A stretch of DNA of 64,000 nt from Lama glama (taxonomy: Eukaryota): assembly GCA_028534125.1 (NCBI GenBank), contig CM052817.1, forward strand, positions 29,204,001-29,268,000. The letters run 5' to 3'. Position numbers and translations under genes: made by a program. The notes under the pieces are model-generated. The model made no database searches. It was not told the DNA's origin and saw only the letters and a list, made by a program, of their open reading frames with translations. Below are positions 25,441 to 39,310 of the stretch, in pieces. Within the stretch, counting starts at the first letter, position 1; the number at the start of each line of letters is the position of its first letter.

Positions 25441-28400
25441 TGTTCTACACTGGTTCAATGGCTGCTTTAAATTCTCAGGTATATTAGTGAATTAGCAATG
25501 GAACTTAACAAGCTTAATGTATCTGCAGAAGAGTTGAGGCCATATTGTTTATGCTAGCTCCATATTTTGTTACAGGAGTCTCTAAATTATTATGTGTATT
25601 GATGTGTATTAACCCTACCTAAAGGAGAGGGGCCTCCCATTCGATCCAAAGGGATCAGTGTCTTTTTCTCTGATTTTACTTGTTACTCTCCTCAAAAGTA
25701 AGGGTGACCTATGTGACCCATGGTATTTGGAAAAGAGAGTCTGAGCCTGGGTTACTTCACCCTTTCTTGGTTCTCTCCTCTCATCTCTCGCTCTCTTCTG
25801 CTCTAGTTTGACTCTTGTTCCTGATTTCTGTGGGAAATCTGAGTCAGAACACTATTCGGAGCATTTCAGGGCAGTCAGACTCTCACTTGTTTTCTTTCTT
25901 ATGTCTCTTCTCTGCCGTTTCTTGGGTTCTTGGCATTTGCTGTGTTGAAAGGAAGGCCAGGATCCTCAGATGACTGGGAAGGCTTCAGCTGGAACTCTTA
26001 GGGAATTATTTTTGACTTGAGTTCTAGTTACATACTTTATCTAGCTTTACCAGCAATAAATGTCATTTTTTAAAGTTTAAGTCTTAAAGGTGAAAGAGAC
26101 ATGATAGATCACCGGCATCACAATGACCACCAACATCACAAACCCCACAGGTGCCTTCAAATCATACTTACTTCCTAAGGGTAAGAAGGAAACTTAAAGT
26201 AACCAGGGGCCATCCTGACCACCCCCAAAATAACAACCAAAGGGTAAACAGCTGGCACAGCAGAATTCCACCCAGACTCGATTCAGCTGCTACACCTGGC
26301 GTCCGCTCTGATTGGCAGACACATGGCAAATTGGCTGTTGAAAATGTTGGCTATTACCCTTGCCTAACACATTAAAAAGAAGAATTTTAAAAAGGAACAT
26401 ACTGTAGAACATAACAGAGAAGATAAAAACAATTTGTTTAATAAAATTGATGTATTACAGTTTTTAAAAGCTTTTACATGAAAACTACATTACATCAATC
26501 ATTTTTCTCTACTGGCTTCTATAAAAAAATATGAGATTTACTCTAATGAAGAAAAAGCTATTGACTCAAAACCTGTCTCTTTTGACAAAAGATTTGAAAT
26601 GGCTTACAGGAAATACGTATAATGGAAATAAAAACTAAAACGTAAATTTGAATAGCCACCAAAGTGGGATGAAACTCAAAACATAGATTTATAGGCTTAC
26701 TGGATTATGCAGTTGCTTAAGGTGGGCAATAAATTTTGTTTTGAGACTCCCAGGAGCTAAAGTTTAAAGAAATGCGACAGAAGAAATATAGAAGAGTTAA
26801 GTATTTTAATTTCTCTGGATGAATGATGCCTTTTTTTTTAGCTTAAAATCAATAAATGAAATCATGATGGAAAAATGGTGGATTTACTATTTATAGTTTT
26901 AAAGTTATATTTTATCAAAGATAATAAAAATATGATCTGCCCTTAAAGAAACATAACATGGTTAGAGAAAATGTCTCTAGAAAATATGACAATGTGTGGG
27001 TTTTGGGGGGGGGGGTTGCAAAAGCTGCTGAAGAACTCAGAAGGATTGTCCTTAGTGGGTTTGTAAGTCTTAGCTTTCAAACATTTCAAAATCTGACAGA
27101 ACAGACTTACAGACCTACTAAGAGACCCAGTTACTCTTTGCCAGTTCCTGTCACCATTCTGGAGCTTTTTCCTAGGATGCATTCTCAAGTTCTACTTTGT
27201 ACAGAACTGTAGAAATCACAGGTGGCTTTGTTTGACTTCTAGTATCTCTCACTGCTCAGACATTCCTGTTACCCAACTTGTAGCCAGAAATAACTGAATA
27301 GCTGGTTTAAGCCAATGACTTTTCCAGGAGGACTTGACTCCAGGTGATTCCAATCAGTCAGGCACCACTCTCAAAGGGAGAAAATGGGCTGGGGAATGTT
27401 AGTGATGACCACTTTCTATCCTGAATGCTGTAAAGCAGATAAAAGTCATTTTCAGAGTGGGAGAAGAGTACAGCAAAGCAGCAGCCGGGCGTGGGGGGAG
27501 GAGAGGGGGAGAGAGAGAGTGATTTTTGTGATTTTTTTTTTTCCTGAAGTTTTCAATTATTGGCTCCATACCCTTCTAATGGCCTCAGCTGAAATTCTGC
27601 CCTATGCTTCCCTGAGAAACTTTTATATTTCTGTAATAAGTCTCCTTTTCTTGAACTGGCTGCCAAACAGTTTATATGAAAACATGGGTCTGTACAAACT
27701 TTTGATGTGCTTGCTCACCTAAGTCATGCCTGGGAGTTTGCAGCGACTCCCAGGTGCTGTGCCTTGACTTCTGGTTGCTTCTCAAGAGTTGGCCTCTGAG
27801 ACTATTTCATCTTCCTCAACACGTCACTCAGGTGTGCAGGTCCAAATCACATTCATTCATAAGTCCAGGTGTCTTAGCCCAAGTGCCCCTCCTTCATCTA
27901 TCGCCATGTTACTTTTAGGTCTCCTGACTTCCCTAATTACCCGCACTCCTATCTGGCCACTACCTAATGAAATGAAATAAGGAATTTTGAGGTTTCTGGC
28001 AGATAGCGCTAGAAACTTTTTACAAATATTTTCACATGACAATATGACTTAAAATCAAAGTTAAATGTAAACATCCATTATTTTATTGCATCTCTATGCC
28101 ACTTTTGCTGTTATTTGAATTCTGACAACACTAGATTATTCTAGTTTACTAATTTAAAGTTAATTATATTATGAAAATGTGTATTAGTTGAAAGTCCCTT
28201 TATGCAGTAAGAATTACAATTTATTCTTGTAGGGTTGCAGCATCTGCTGGGATCATTAGAAATATAAAGTGAGAAATCAGAACATTTTGAAGCATAATAA
28301 CTAATTTGTATTCCTTAAAATGACCATGCATAGAAATAACGCATTGCTTTATAATGAATTTGTATTTATATATAGTACAGTAGGGATTATAAGGAAAAAT

Positions 28401-30344
28401 GCTGCCATTCTGCATGGTACAGTAATGTGTTATCTTGCTGGAAGAGTTCTATACATGCTGTTTTAGAGATTTAATGGTAAGGAGCAGTTTTCTTACTCAG
28501 AGTTCCATCACTTTGAGAATAAAAATGCAACTTGTCTTCAATCTTGAGTCCTTCAGGAGTAACTTGAACAACTTGTGATTTCGATTACTACAATTAAGAT
28601 GCCTAGGAATCTTTTAACTGCTGCATATAATTGAAATGTTTTAAGAGTGTTGATTTCTTTTTTTTATTTATTAGAGTGTTAATTGCTTAGTAATGATGTT
28701 ATATTGCTTTATGTTTGCCTATTTGTTACAATCGATGTAAAACCTAGTGTTCAAATGACACCAATGAAAAATAAGTACATTTGTCATTAATATATATTTA
28801 AATTCTTTGCACTCAAGATAAATCTGTTTAAGACCACCCTTTCCTAGCTACTGCTTCTTGGAAACACTAGTGCAGTAAGCAGCTGAGACCAGCCCCCTGC
28901 ATTGTGGGCAACTGTACTGTAGGGTATTTAGCACTTCGAAAAACCAAATCGTATCCTGTCGTTTAAATAAACACTTGAGCCTTATTAAAAGCCAAAGGTA
29001 GCTGGGCAAAATGATCTTGCATTAAGAAAAAAAATTCTTGTGGAGCTGGAATGATGTTGGATTGCTTTCAGCTGTTTGTTCTCTAATTCAATGCCAGAGA
29101 GCTGCTGACTCCCTCAGGGAAGACAACTCCACAGCAGCTCATTTTACACCAAAACGATTAACTGAACTTAATTGGGCATAGCATTTAATAAAAAAAAAAA
29201 AAAAAAGAGCCTCCTTCGGGAAAAACCATTTTTTTTTTTACATATCTGCAACTGCACAGCGTAAAATTGCTGTGATTTGTGTGTGTATGTGTGTTTTAGA
29301 AACAACTTTATAAAAGACTCTAGAAGCCAACATAATTTCTATAGGGTGCTTGTCAAGCTGTTGACTACTGAAAATAATAGTGTCAGTTTCTCCTTCGAGA
29401 TTTTTGTAGGAGACTTCTCCTGACGAATGATTCATCAAATTCCACAAAATAGAATAAAAGTGAATTTTGTTTGAAAAGTCTTCCTCTTTGAAGTATCTCA
29501 TATGAATTTCTCTATGGAGACAAGTACTTCAAGATTTATTTTCTGTGATGTAAGGGCAAATCTTTCTTAAATCTGAAAAATAGTTAAAAACTAGATTGAA
29601 CTAAGGTACAATTACAGATTGTGATACAAATTACTGTTCCTCTTTCTCAATATTATCTTGTCCATTAAATTTTAAACTATAACATTCTACCCCAGGGTAA
29701 TGATGCTCATCTTTTTTGACACAGATGAACATATTTACCACTGTTACACAGAAATTTTCAATTTATGCATCATTTGAACAGTATTATACTTTAGTTTAAT
29801 AATACAATTGAAATACCTTTGAATTTTTTAAAAAGCCCTAAAGAAACTATAAATTTTGAGGGAAAAAAATTAGACTTAAAAGATAAGATTAGTCTTTTTT
29901 AGTGTCCATGAAGGGATAATGGGCATACATGAGAAGATATGAAAAATATGCTTGTCATTATTTTTTGGTTTTAAAACTCAGTTCAAGTAAACTGGAGAAG
30001 GTTTTATTCTGATTCCCTTTGGGTGATAAATTTAATAGCTCATAAAATCTTGGAGATGCTATTTCAGGACACGGCATAAATATTTGTAAGATTCTTGCCT
30101 TAAATTAAGAACTAAAAAGTTTCTCGGAGGAAATGTATTTCTGTCACAGATAAGAGCATTCTAAAATAATCTGTTTTAAAGTAAACATACAATATAGAGT
30201 GTTTGGTGCTTGGCTGTTTTGTATTCATATAAATGAGTGCCCTGAAATTACTGAGACTTGCCAGCTTCAGCAGTCAAAAATCTCCCACTTGGGCATGTAT
30301 TCCTTTAACCACAGTAAAAACTAAGGTATGAGCTCTGAAAGAAA

Positions 30345-30345
<1 letters not shown>

Positions 30346-30381
<36 letters not shown>
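30346..30381. repeat. (TA)n microsatellite
   Basis: Seen directly. Confidence 0.95.
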
Positions 30382-30383
<2 letters not shown>

Positions 30384-30579
30384 CATCAAATAAAGCCACC
30401 CAACTTTATCTTTGAATATGGGTAGGTCTAGTGTGGTCAAATGACATGCCCGTGATCAAATTCATAAAAGCCAGGAAATAGTTGTAAGCAGTTAAAGAAT
30501 AATTACTTTTCAGTTGGTCCCTCTGCTTCTTCTGGTTTTGTATTAAACTGTGATTATGATAATTATCTGTAGGGTGACT

Positions 30580-30755
30580 GCTGGGGGTTCAAATTCCAAT
30601 TTGACTACTTACAAATCACGTTACCTTGAGAAAATTACTTTAACCACTCTCTGCCTCAATTTTTTTTCACCTGTAAATTGAGGATAGAACAGTATTTACC
30701 TCCTAGGATTGTTATGAAGTTTAAATGATTTAAAACCTCTTTGAAAATGCCTAGA
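30580..30755 (+). mobile_element. MIR SINE
   Basis: 'gggttcaaattcc...gttaccttgagaaaattactttaacc...gcctcaatttt...cacctgtaaattgagga...cctcctaggattgttatgaag'. Confidence 0.8.
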
Positions 30756-30869
30756 ATGAAAATCGTACATTCACATGGACCCTGCACATATGCATAATCA
30801 TCTTCTACCTCTCCTTTGATGACAAAGTTCCTTTAAAGCCTTTATTTGTGCTTCTGTTATTTTTTTTTT

Positions 30870-31519
30870 ACACAAATATTCAAAGAAGCTTTATTTTGAG
30901 TAGTCAGAATATGTCATCAATCCAGATAATCTTGAGTGGATGAATGGCCAACAATCCATGGCACGTACGTACTCAGCAAGAAGAAGGAACAAAGTGTTGA
31001 TAAACACAGCAACTCGAATGACTCTCTAGGGAGTATTCTCAGTGAAATAAACCAACAACAAAGGTTAAATACTATATTATTCCATTTATATAACATTTTA
31101 AAATGTAAACATTGCTAGGAGTTAGGAAGAGGGACTGAGTAGGGGAAGGTGAGTACGATTATAAAAGGTCAACACAAGGGATTCTTGCAATCATGGGGCT
31201 CTTCATTTCTTGACTGTTGATGGATATGTGAACCTACAGTTGTGCTAGTACTAAATAGAACTAAACACTGCCCCCCACCCCATGCATGTTCACGTAAACA
31301 TGCCCAAATGAGTACAGGTAAAATCAGGGAAATCAGAATAAACTGTTATTTATTGTATCCATTCAATATCTTCATATTTTGCAAAATGTTATTATAATTT
31401 GGGGAAATAGATGGGGAAAATGAACACGGGATTTGTACATTACTTCTTAAAACTATATGTGAACTGTATTACCATTGCATTTGAATATACAACTTTCTCC
31501 ATAAGAATTTCAGTTAAAA
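30870..31519 (+). mobile_element. L1MC-type 3' end
   Basis: 'cacaaatattcaaagaagctttatt...tactcagcaagaagaaggaac...attccatttatataacattt...aatgagtacaggtaaaa...ttttgcaaaatgtta'. Confidence 0.8.
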
Positions 31520-33620
31520 GAATGGGGAAGAGGGAGTCTGTTTGGTATTGGAAAATATCAACAATTCATGTGTAGGATTACACACGTTGAAAATGGAAAA
31601 ATTTGAAAAATGGACTACCATATAAAGATACACATAAAATAGAACTTGAACACAATCATAAGAATCCAAAAGACACCTGAGAGATAACCTCATCTAGGAA
31701 TGAGTTCAGGGTAAATGTTTTGTTACTCCATGACAAAATGAGAACTATACGGACAATGGTGATGGTGTGTTTGTGTGATATTGGCATAAATTTCCTAACT
31801 GTTGTAACTTAAAGAAACTGTTCTTTATTCTAAGATTATACCCTTCCTACCTTTTGATGTTGTAATTAACTTTCTTTTACAAAATAATAGTAATAGTGGT
31901 TGTTTTGTAATGTCTTTCCTTGACACAAATGAAAAGGTGATAAACTTAAGAAAAAGCAAATTAAGTGGGTATGGAGACAATCCCCTACCCCAGAAAAAAG
32001 AAGAAAAAGGGCAAGAAAAATAAATGACATTAATACCAGAAAGAAAAAATCAATGTGCACCATTGATCACATGCACAGAATTTCCCTGCAGGAGGAGTTC
32101 TCATGTTTTGATGCTGACTTGTGCTTTGGGAGGTTACACTGCATGTATATTGGTTCCTTTCAACAGCAACGTTCTGATGTTCACTGAGATATTCTATGAT
32201 TTAAAAGTTTCCTATATTCTTTGTACTCAAGTATTTTCTTCCCTTACAAATTTCTGTAGTATTTAGAATTGGATGGTAGCTAAAATTCTGTTCATAAGTT
32301 CATAGGATTTATCTTCTGATTGAGTCATTTTTAATAGGGAGAACATTCTGGAAAGTTTTCTACATTTGTTATTTTTACATCATTTCTCACCATTACTACT
32401 TTTTAGATGATTGTTTAAACCTAAATTATTAGGGACAATTTTAATACACAAGGCATGCTTATGAAATTATCTTGGGAGTAAGCTGACTGAAATACTCAGT
32501 GCTGTTTTCCATCAACTCATTCTTCACCAGACTCTCATAAGCAAGAGCTGTCCCTTTGGGTGAATGCCACTCCCTCTGAATGCCTTTCTTCATTTCCTAG
32601 TGCTTCTCCATCTGATCCTTAGGACCCCAAACCAGTCCACGGTAGCATGACCAGGACTCTTCCCTTGTTTCCTTTATCTTTTCAAACCATATGATGGGTC
32701 ATCATTAAAATCGTCTTCTTTGAGGTTGATTCTTTTATTCTGAGGACATTTGCAAACTCATTACACTACAGCTCCTCATCCAGCGCCTTGACATTTCCCA
32801 GGGTAGAGCCTGAGAACTCAAGGCACTTGGGTGAATTCAAACAAGAAAATGCTCCGGAGAACTCTGGATCTTGGGATGGCAAACACCCAGACATGCACAT
32901 GCACACCGGTTTGGTTTTAACCTCCATTCATACATCACAGCCTACATGTTGGACAGAGTTAGTTCAAGTATTATATAAATTGATAGAGCTCAGTTTTCCT
33001 CTTGGTAGAGTGTCATGGATTTAGTACCAAGTCTGCATTAACACAGTAGATGTTTTGGAAGTAAACCATACATTGAAAATATAGATATTATCAGTGATAA
33101 TGGATAGCCAGGAAAAAGTATTTAGATGAATGCTTGCAGCATCAAAATTCACAAACTGGATTTCTTCATTTAAGAAAAATATGATTTCCAAGTGAGTATA
33201 CTGGGGAAGAGTTTATCCTCAGAATATCTGTCATGAAATTACCAAAGAGTCTGTCAAGCTTTATGTCAAAGTAATAACTTGGCTTGTCCCCCTATATAGT
33301 ATATACAACTTTCTCATGAGTTAATCCCAAAATGAACTCTGCCATTTTGCAGTTTAAAAAAGTAGCCAGTTTTACACCTAGGTATACTTAAAATATTTTT
33401 GTGAAGATTCTATATATTGTGTATTATCACAGTCATCCACTATATATTTTGTATTATTGTAGTCATCCATTCAGTTGAAAACTGATTTGGCAAAATAGTT
33501 ATCATGGTGATTCTTTTTGGTCTACCAGAGACCATATTTCTGATCCACATAATGGTTAGTCTCTTGCTTGCTTGCTTGCCTTTGTCCATGCCCTCTGCTA
33601 AAGATCATCAGAAATGCATG

Positions 33621-34185
33621 TGTAGTTGAACAATTTTGATGTATTGCACTTTTAACAAGGTATCACACCACTGGGTACTGGTTAGCATCTAAGTAACGAA
33701 GTGTTAGAGAGGATTTATTGTAGAATTTGGGCTCTACATGGTAGGTGTTTTGGGGAGAGTTTAGAAAAGCTAGACTTTGCTCTGAATTGGACCCCATCAG
33801 GAAGTGTGGGTACCATGATTTGGTATTTTAAGAGATCCTATCTAGAAAGAAAGAATAACAGAGCGAGGCTAAAGCTGCAACTCATAAGCGGCCGTTACTC
33901 ATGAGGCAGGAAAGACGGGATGTTGGGCTATTTTTGTGGTTTATACAATCTTTATGTTCAGTTATGTATAGGGATTGGTGTTGCTTTTTGTCTTGCTCCA
34001 TGGCAACCACAGGGTGGCCTTGTCTGACATTGATGTAAAATTCTGTAAAATTGTTCTGTAAAATTATGTTCATAAGAGAACACCAAGACCTCATTGTGAG
34101 TACCAGGTAACCTCCTAGCAACATTAGGATCCAGCTAATAGTATTAGACCAGCACCTAATGTTAAAGATAGCTTTTCTTTTTTTT
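33621..34185 (-). mobile_element. Ancient ERV LTR (family not assigned)
   Basis: Starts 'tgtagttgaacaa', contains 'gtgttagagaggatttattgtagaatttgggct...ctttgctctgaattgga...agagcgaggctaaagctg', resembling old eutherian ERV1-type LTRs. Confidence 0.55.
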
Positions 34186-34545
34186 TTTTAGCATACTTAC
34201 TTCCTGTATCTTCCTTCCATTTCTAAAAGATAAGGACACCTAGTTTCAAGGCCACATTGTCCTCTTTTTTCAGTTATTGTAGTCCCCATGCCATGCGAGA
34301 GGTTTCAGCAGAAATGATGAAGTTATTTCAGACTCCCTTCTTAAGTGGCAGAGCCCTCTGCTCAATGGTTCTCTAGTTAATAATTCTTTCTCATAGTGAC
34401 ATGAGTTTCATTACCTGTCCAGGCCTCTTACTTGTCATCCTGCAGGATAGGGGTTTGTATATGATTAAAACTGATCAGAGAGCTACAATATCAAGTGTTC
34501 TATCTCTGAAATAATTACTTTCAGTGTCTATTATCTTGAACTGCC

Positions 34546-34932
34546 ATGATGGTTAAATTTTATGGTTAACTTAGCTAGGCTGTGGTGCCCAATTGTTTGG
34601 CCTAATTAAACACTAGTCTAGATATTGCTATGAAGATATTTCATAGATGTGATTAACATATAACTAGTAAAATGTTAAGTAATAGAGAATGCCCCTGATA
34701 ATGTGGGTGGGCCTCATCCAATCAGTTGACGGTCTTAAAAGCAAAAACTGAATTTTCTCAGAAAAGAATGAATTCTACCTCAAGACTATACTATAGAAAT
34801 CTTGCCTGAGTTTCCAGTTTCTTTCCCTACAAATTTCAAGCTTGGGGGCCTCCTACAATTAAAACAAATTTCTTAATATACATGTACATATATCCTATTG
34901 TTTCTGTTTGCCTGGAGAACCCTTATACTATA
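34546..34932 (+). mobile_element. MLT2 (ERVL) LTR
   Basis: 'atgatggttaaattttatg...ctagtctagatattgctatgaagatattt...ataatgtgggtgggcctcatccaatcagttga...tcctattgtttctgtttgcctggagaaccct'. Confidence 0.9.
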
Positions 34933-36784
34933 ACTACTATTTAGCATTTTATAATTGTGATTTTTATATACTTAAGTGCATAATTCAGATATTGAGTGCA
35001 GGGAATTTTATATTCTTCACAACTATGCCCTATGAATACTTACTGAACAAATCAATGAAAATTTGGTGACACTTTCCCCATAACTTAAAATGCTCTTTAT
35101 TTCATTAGTCTTCGCTGATGGCTAAAGGACCTCAGGGTCAGCTTAGTTTTTCTAAGTCAGCAGTCATCTATATGTTAATTTAAAATGCAGACATTATCTG
35201 TATTTTGAGTAAGACTTGATACAGGAGCTAGGTTAAAAATAAGTGGGTTTTCTCTGAAAACTGAAATTGAAATATTTGAAAATGCAATCAGGCTTCTCAT
35301 CCTATGCCCTAATCTACTCCATTTGTTAACGTGTGCAATGGAGAAGTAGTCTACTCCTAATTTATATGTATGACCAGGGGCAGAAGCTTGGAGTAGTATT
35401 TAGATGTCGCATAGTAGATATTTTGAACTGGCCACCACCTCCAAATGGGTTTTGGTTATCACTACATGGACTTGATTTTTATTTTCTATTTATATGCATC
35501 TTCCCAACTTCAGTCTTTTTGGCTATTTCATGCATCCAATTTTAATATAAATTTCAAAAGTGATAGTTGTTTGAGGTCCCATAATCTAAAGTTTTAAGAA
35601 ACTCAGGCTATGAGATGGCAGAAATTTATTTTGGTTCTATGTTCAGCTTTATTAGCATGCTTGATTGAGACTGGACAAATCATGACACACCATCTTTACA
35701 TTTTTTTCTCATACTCCCATCATTGATGGTAGAGTGTTCTTTGTCTTTTGCTCATTATCTTAATGTCTTAGTGGAAGTTCCTTATGTCAGAGGAACAGTT
35801 ATTTTATTCAGAATTTGGGGAGAAAATAATGTAATCATTGAAACCTGAATTTTTAGGATCTTGGCCATCAAGGATAAATGGAATTCTTATAACTTCTATT
35901 ACAGTGACTCCTGGGTTTTCTAGATTCTGTCATTTCTGAATTTACTTCCTTTGCCTAATTCTTCAGCTTTTGCAAGGTAAGAGCTGTACTTTGTGCGGCC
36001 AAAATGCATTCTTTCCCAAGGACCAGATAATATTTTGCCCAGTCTGTGCTCTCTGCCTTTCCCTCATCTAATTACTGCAGAATAAGACATGGGATTTTAT
36101 ACACACACACATCTCGTGGCTGGCTCTGTGGTTCTGTGGCACTTTGTACTACCCTTATCTCCGCTATCAGCACACTGTACAGCTACTGCACACACTTGTC
36201 TCCTCTCCACCCCACAAGCTCCGTGTTCAGTGTTCTGTAAGTCACCCATAGCTAGCAAGGAGCCTGATGCGTTGCAGTAAATTGAGAATCTGAGCTTTGA
36301 TGATCACTTTTCATTCAGGGTGGAGAAAAAGAAGGCAAGGGTGTTGAGCGACCAGATGCTAGTGAGGTGATCTTTATGAGTGATCTTTATGAGCTAGTGA
36401 GCTTTATGAAATATTTGAGCAATTCTAATTCCTAATTTGTTTTTTTCTAGCCTCACTTCTAGTTACAACCTGAACTCAATGTATTGTTTTTCTATTTTAA
36501 CAAAAATAGAATTTAAACAGTGAATTTACACAGTCTATGCTTATTAAGAAAACTGAAAAAATGAAGAACCCATGTCATTTTTACACTATGAACTGTGGCC
36601 CTGAAGTTTATGTATGTTTTCATTGCAAAAAATCATCTGCTCTAGAATTTAAGTGATAAAAATAAAATATTTTAAAGCTATGAGCCAAATATAAAATTAT
36701 ATAGAAATGCATGTATAGTTTGCAATCATATATGTATGTTTGTGTATATATGAGTTTATGTATATGAGTTTGTATGTGTATATA

Positions 36785-36880
36785 AAATGGTACATATTTC
36801 ACAGGGTCATTGTGAAGATTAAATATAAAGAGCTTTATATAGTGCCTAGAACACAAAAAATGCTATATAAATTTTGTTAA
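36785..36880 (+). mobile_element. MIR 3' fragment (preceded by a TATG-type low-complexity tract)
   Basis: 'cacagggtcattgtgaagattaaat...atagtgcctagaacaca'. Confidence 0.65.
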
Positions 36881-38739
36881 TAGTATGATCATCAATGATT
36901 TATAAATCTGTTTTGATCGAGAAAAATGTTTTTTCTCTTCATTCTTTCAGAAAATAAGAGATAAAATATTATGTTTTAGTCATCAAAGCTATTAGGGTGT
37001 AGTGACAGTTTGTGTTTGGGGAGCCAAGAGACGAAAGTGGCGTCCATGTGAGGTCAACCAAAAAAATTATGCTTCAGTGAGTGCAAGTCAAAAAGCCATC
37101 ACCCTGGCATCCTTTCTTTGGCCAGAGGAGAGTGCTCTCTCTGGGATCACACTCAAGCCGGGGCTTGACCTCCAGTGGCAATCTTTTGTTGATCTTTTTA
37201 AGTTTCAGAATAGCTGCTATGTGTCTCCTGGAACTTAAAACCTTTTTGAGATTTTCATCTAAAATTAGTTTTCTAGAAAACTCACCCCAGTTTCATTTCT
37301 CTTGATGTATTTCTTTGCTTTCCCTCTCAAGCTATTGAGATAAAATTCTAGAATTCCAAATATTTTATTACTTCCACAGGTGTCTCTAGTAGCCACACTC
37401 TACACCTTTCATTTCTACATTCTCAGGAGCATGCTTTTTCTACTATATTTCACTTAATGGCGTGTTTGCTCAAAAGACTAAAGACAATGAATGGTCACTA
37501 TAATAAAAATTTAGTTTAAGGGGAATAAATGTGTTTGAATTCTTGATATTTGTATCTTATGATCTTAAAAGTATATTTTGCAAAATTTGATTATCTTCCC
37601 AATTCTTTCCTCCTTAGAAAAAATTATATTCAGGGTCTATATTTTTATTATTACTTTTTATATTCACAATTTTTATATTTCTAAAAACACAGCTGGACTT
37701 AACCTACTATTAATTATAAGTTGTACAGTGATTTATAATTTTTAAAGCTCTTTGGTGCTTTCATTCTTAGAGAGAAGGTATGAGATCATCATGTCAGGGA
37801 ATAATGCCCCACCCTTGTCTTTTTCTAAAATAGGGTAAAAATAGTTAAGCAACTTGACAGTGTTAAGCTTCCTAGTAAATATTACACAGTAATTTGGTCT
37901 TACATCATCAGTCTCCCAAATGTATTCACTGCATCATTGTAACCTCCAATGCGAAAGAAGGCTTAATATAGAGAGATGATTTTGATTTAAAAGTAAAAGT
38001 GTACAAAAAGAAATTAAAATCCTAAAATTTAATAATGACCCTTGTCCTAGATTACCACTTTGTGTTAACAAGAGGAAGCAGAGTAAGAAGACCCTGCTTC
38101 TCCCAGCTTGCCCTTGTGAATTCTGAAATTCATCAGTATTAATGAGAGTCAGAATAGGAACAGAGGCCCATTTGTCTGGCGTAGTAAGAGATGAAGGAAA
38201 AGGAGAAAGGAAATTTGAGGTTACCTATTCACCCAGTCTCTCATTCTGGAATCTTGGCAGGAAGCTGTCCTACAGGTGTTTTCATTCAGGGTGAGTAGGG
38301 GTCGAGGGGACCGTGGCCCCTTTGCCCACTGGCTGACTTGCGTTAGCACTTTCCTCTGCCCCCACGCCCTCTTCTCCTGCACAGAAGAATCCGTTGACCT
38401 TCACTGGCCCCCTCAGCACTGGCACTCTAGGTAATAATGACTTGTCTTGTCTCCTCAGATCTATTCAGAGAAACAGGAGTTCTCTTATTAGATCAGCTGC
38501 TTTATATTGCTTCAGTAAACCCATTTTAGAAAAAAAAAAAGAACTGGGTCATTTTTGTGATCAGTTATTGATGACCAGCTCAAAATTTTCTCTGAGGCAT
38601 ACATTCAAAGTGATACATTTAAAGCCAAATTATATTTAGAATATTTCTGTTCTATTAATTTCAACTATATAAGCAACGTGCTAATTACATTGCCTTTGTT
38701 AATATTAAACATGTCATGTAAATCTAACTTTCCTTCATC

Positions 38740-39310
38740 ACGACTGCAGTCTTGGCCCCTTTCATCCTCCTTTAGAACCAGCTAGAGAAATAACTTCTCA
38801 TGTGTATCTTCCTAGTATCTTTTTGTCATATTTGAATTGCATAAATGTACATAACTATAGGAAATAGAGTATTTTGTTTTTGACATAAAGCCCACTGTTC
38901 TGTAATTTGCTGGGCCCCCTCACACTGGACACTATAGCTTAAAAATCTCTTCATGCTAGAACATAAATATCTACCTCATTCTTTTTATCTATTGTATTGT
39001 ATTTCATAATACAGTATCCTCTTTACTAATAGACATTGAGGTTATTTCCAGTTTTTACTCTTACAAGTAAGACCACAAAGCATCCTTGAATATGACTTAA
39101 GTTCAGATGCCAGTGTTTTTTAAGAATATGTATGGAGAATTAAAACTCAGACTGTTGGGTTCACATAGTCTCATTTGTAACAGATGATACTAAATTTCCC
39201 CATAAAGTTACTACCACAAATAATATTCAATTAGCAGTGTTCATTTTCTACAGTCTGCAGTACATTTGATACAAAACTTCAAATTTTTACCAGTTCGATA
39301 AGTGAAAAAC
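38740..39310 (-). mobile_element. Old L1ME-type 3' fragment
   Basis: 'atatctacctcattcttttta...tagacattgaggttatttccagttttt...catccttg'. Confidence 0.6.

Noticed and set aside
29185..29206. AATAAA plus A-run as a processed pseudogene or retrocopy tail
   Set aside because: No upstream ORF or TSD found. It is a simple poly(A) tract.
35967..35976. 10-nt micro-exon candidate (ttcttcAG|CTTTTGCAAG|GTAAGA)
   Set aside because: Frame-shifting length and no independent support.
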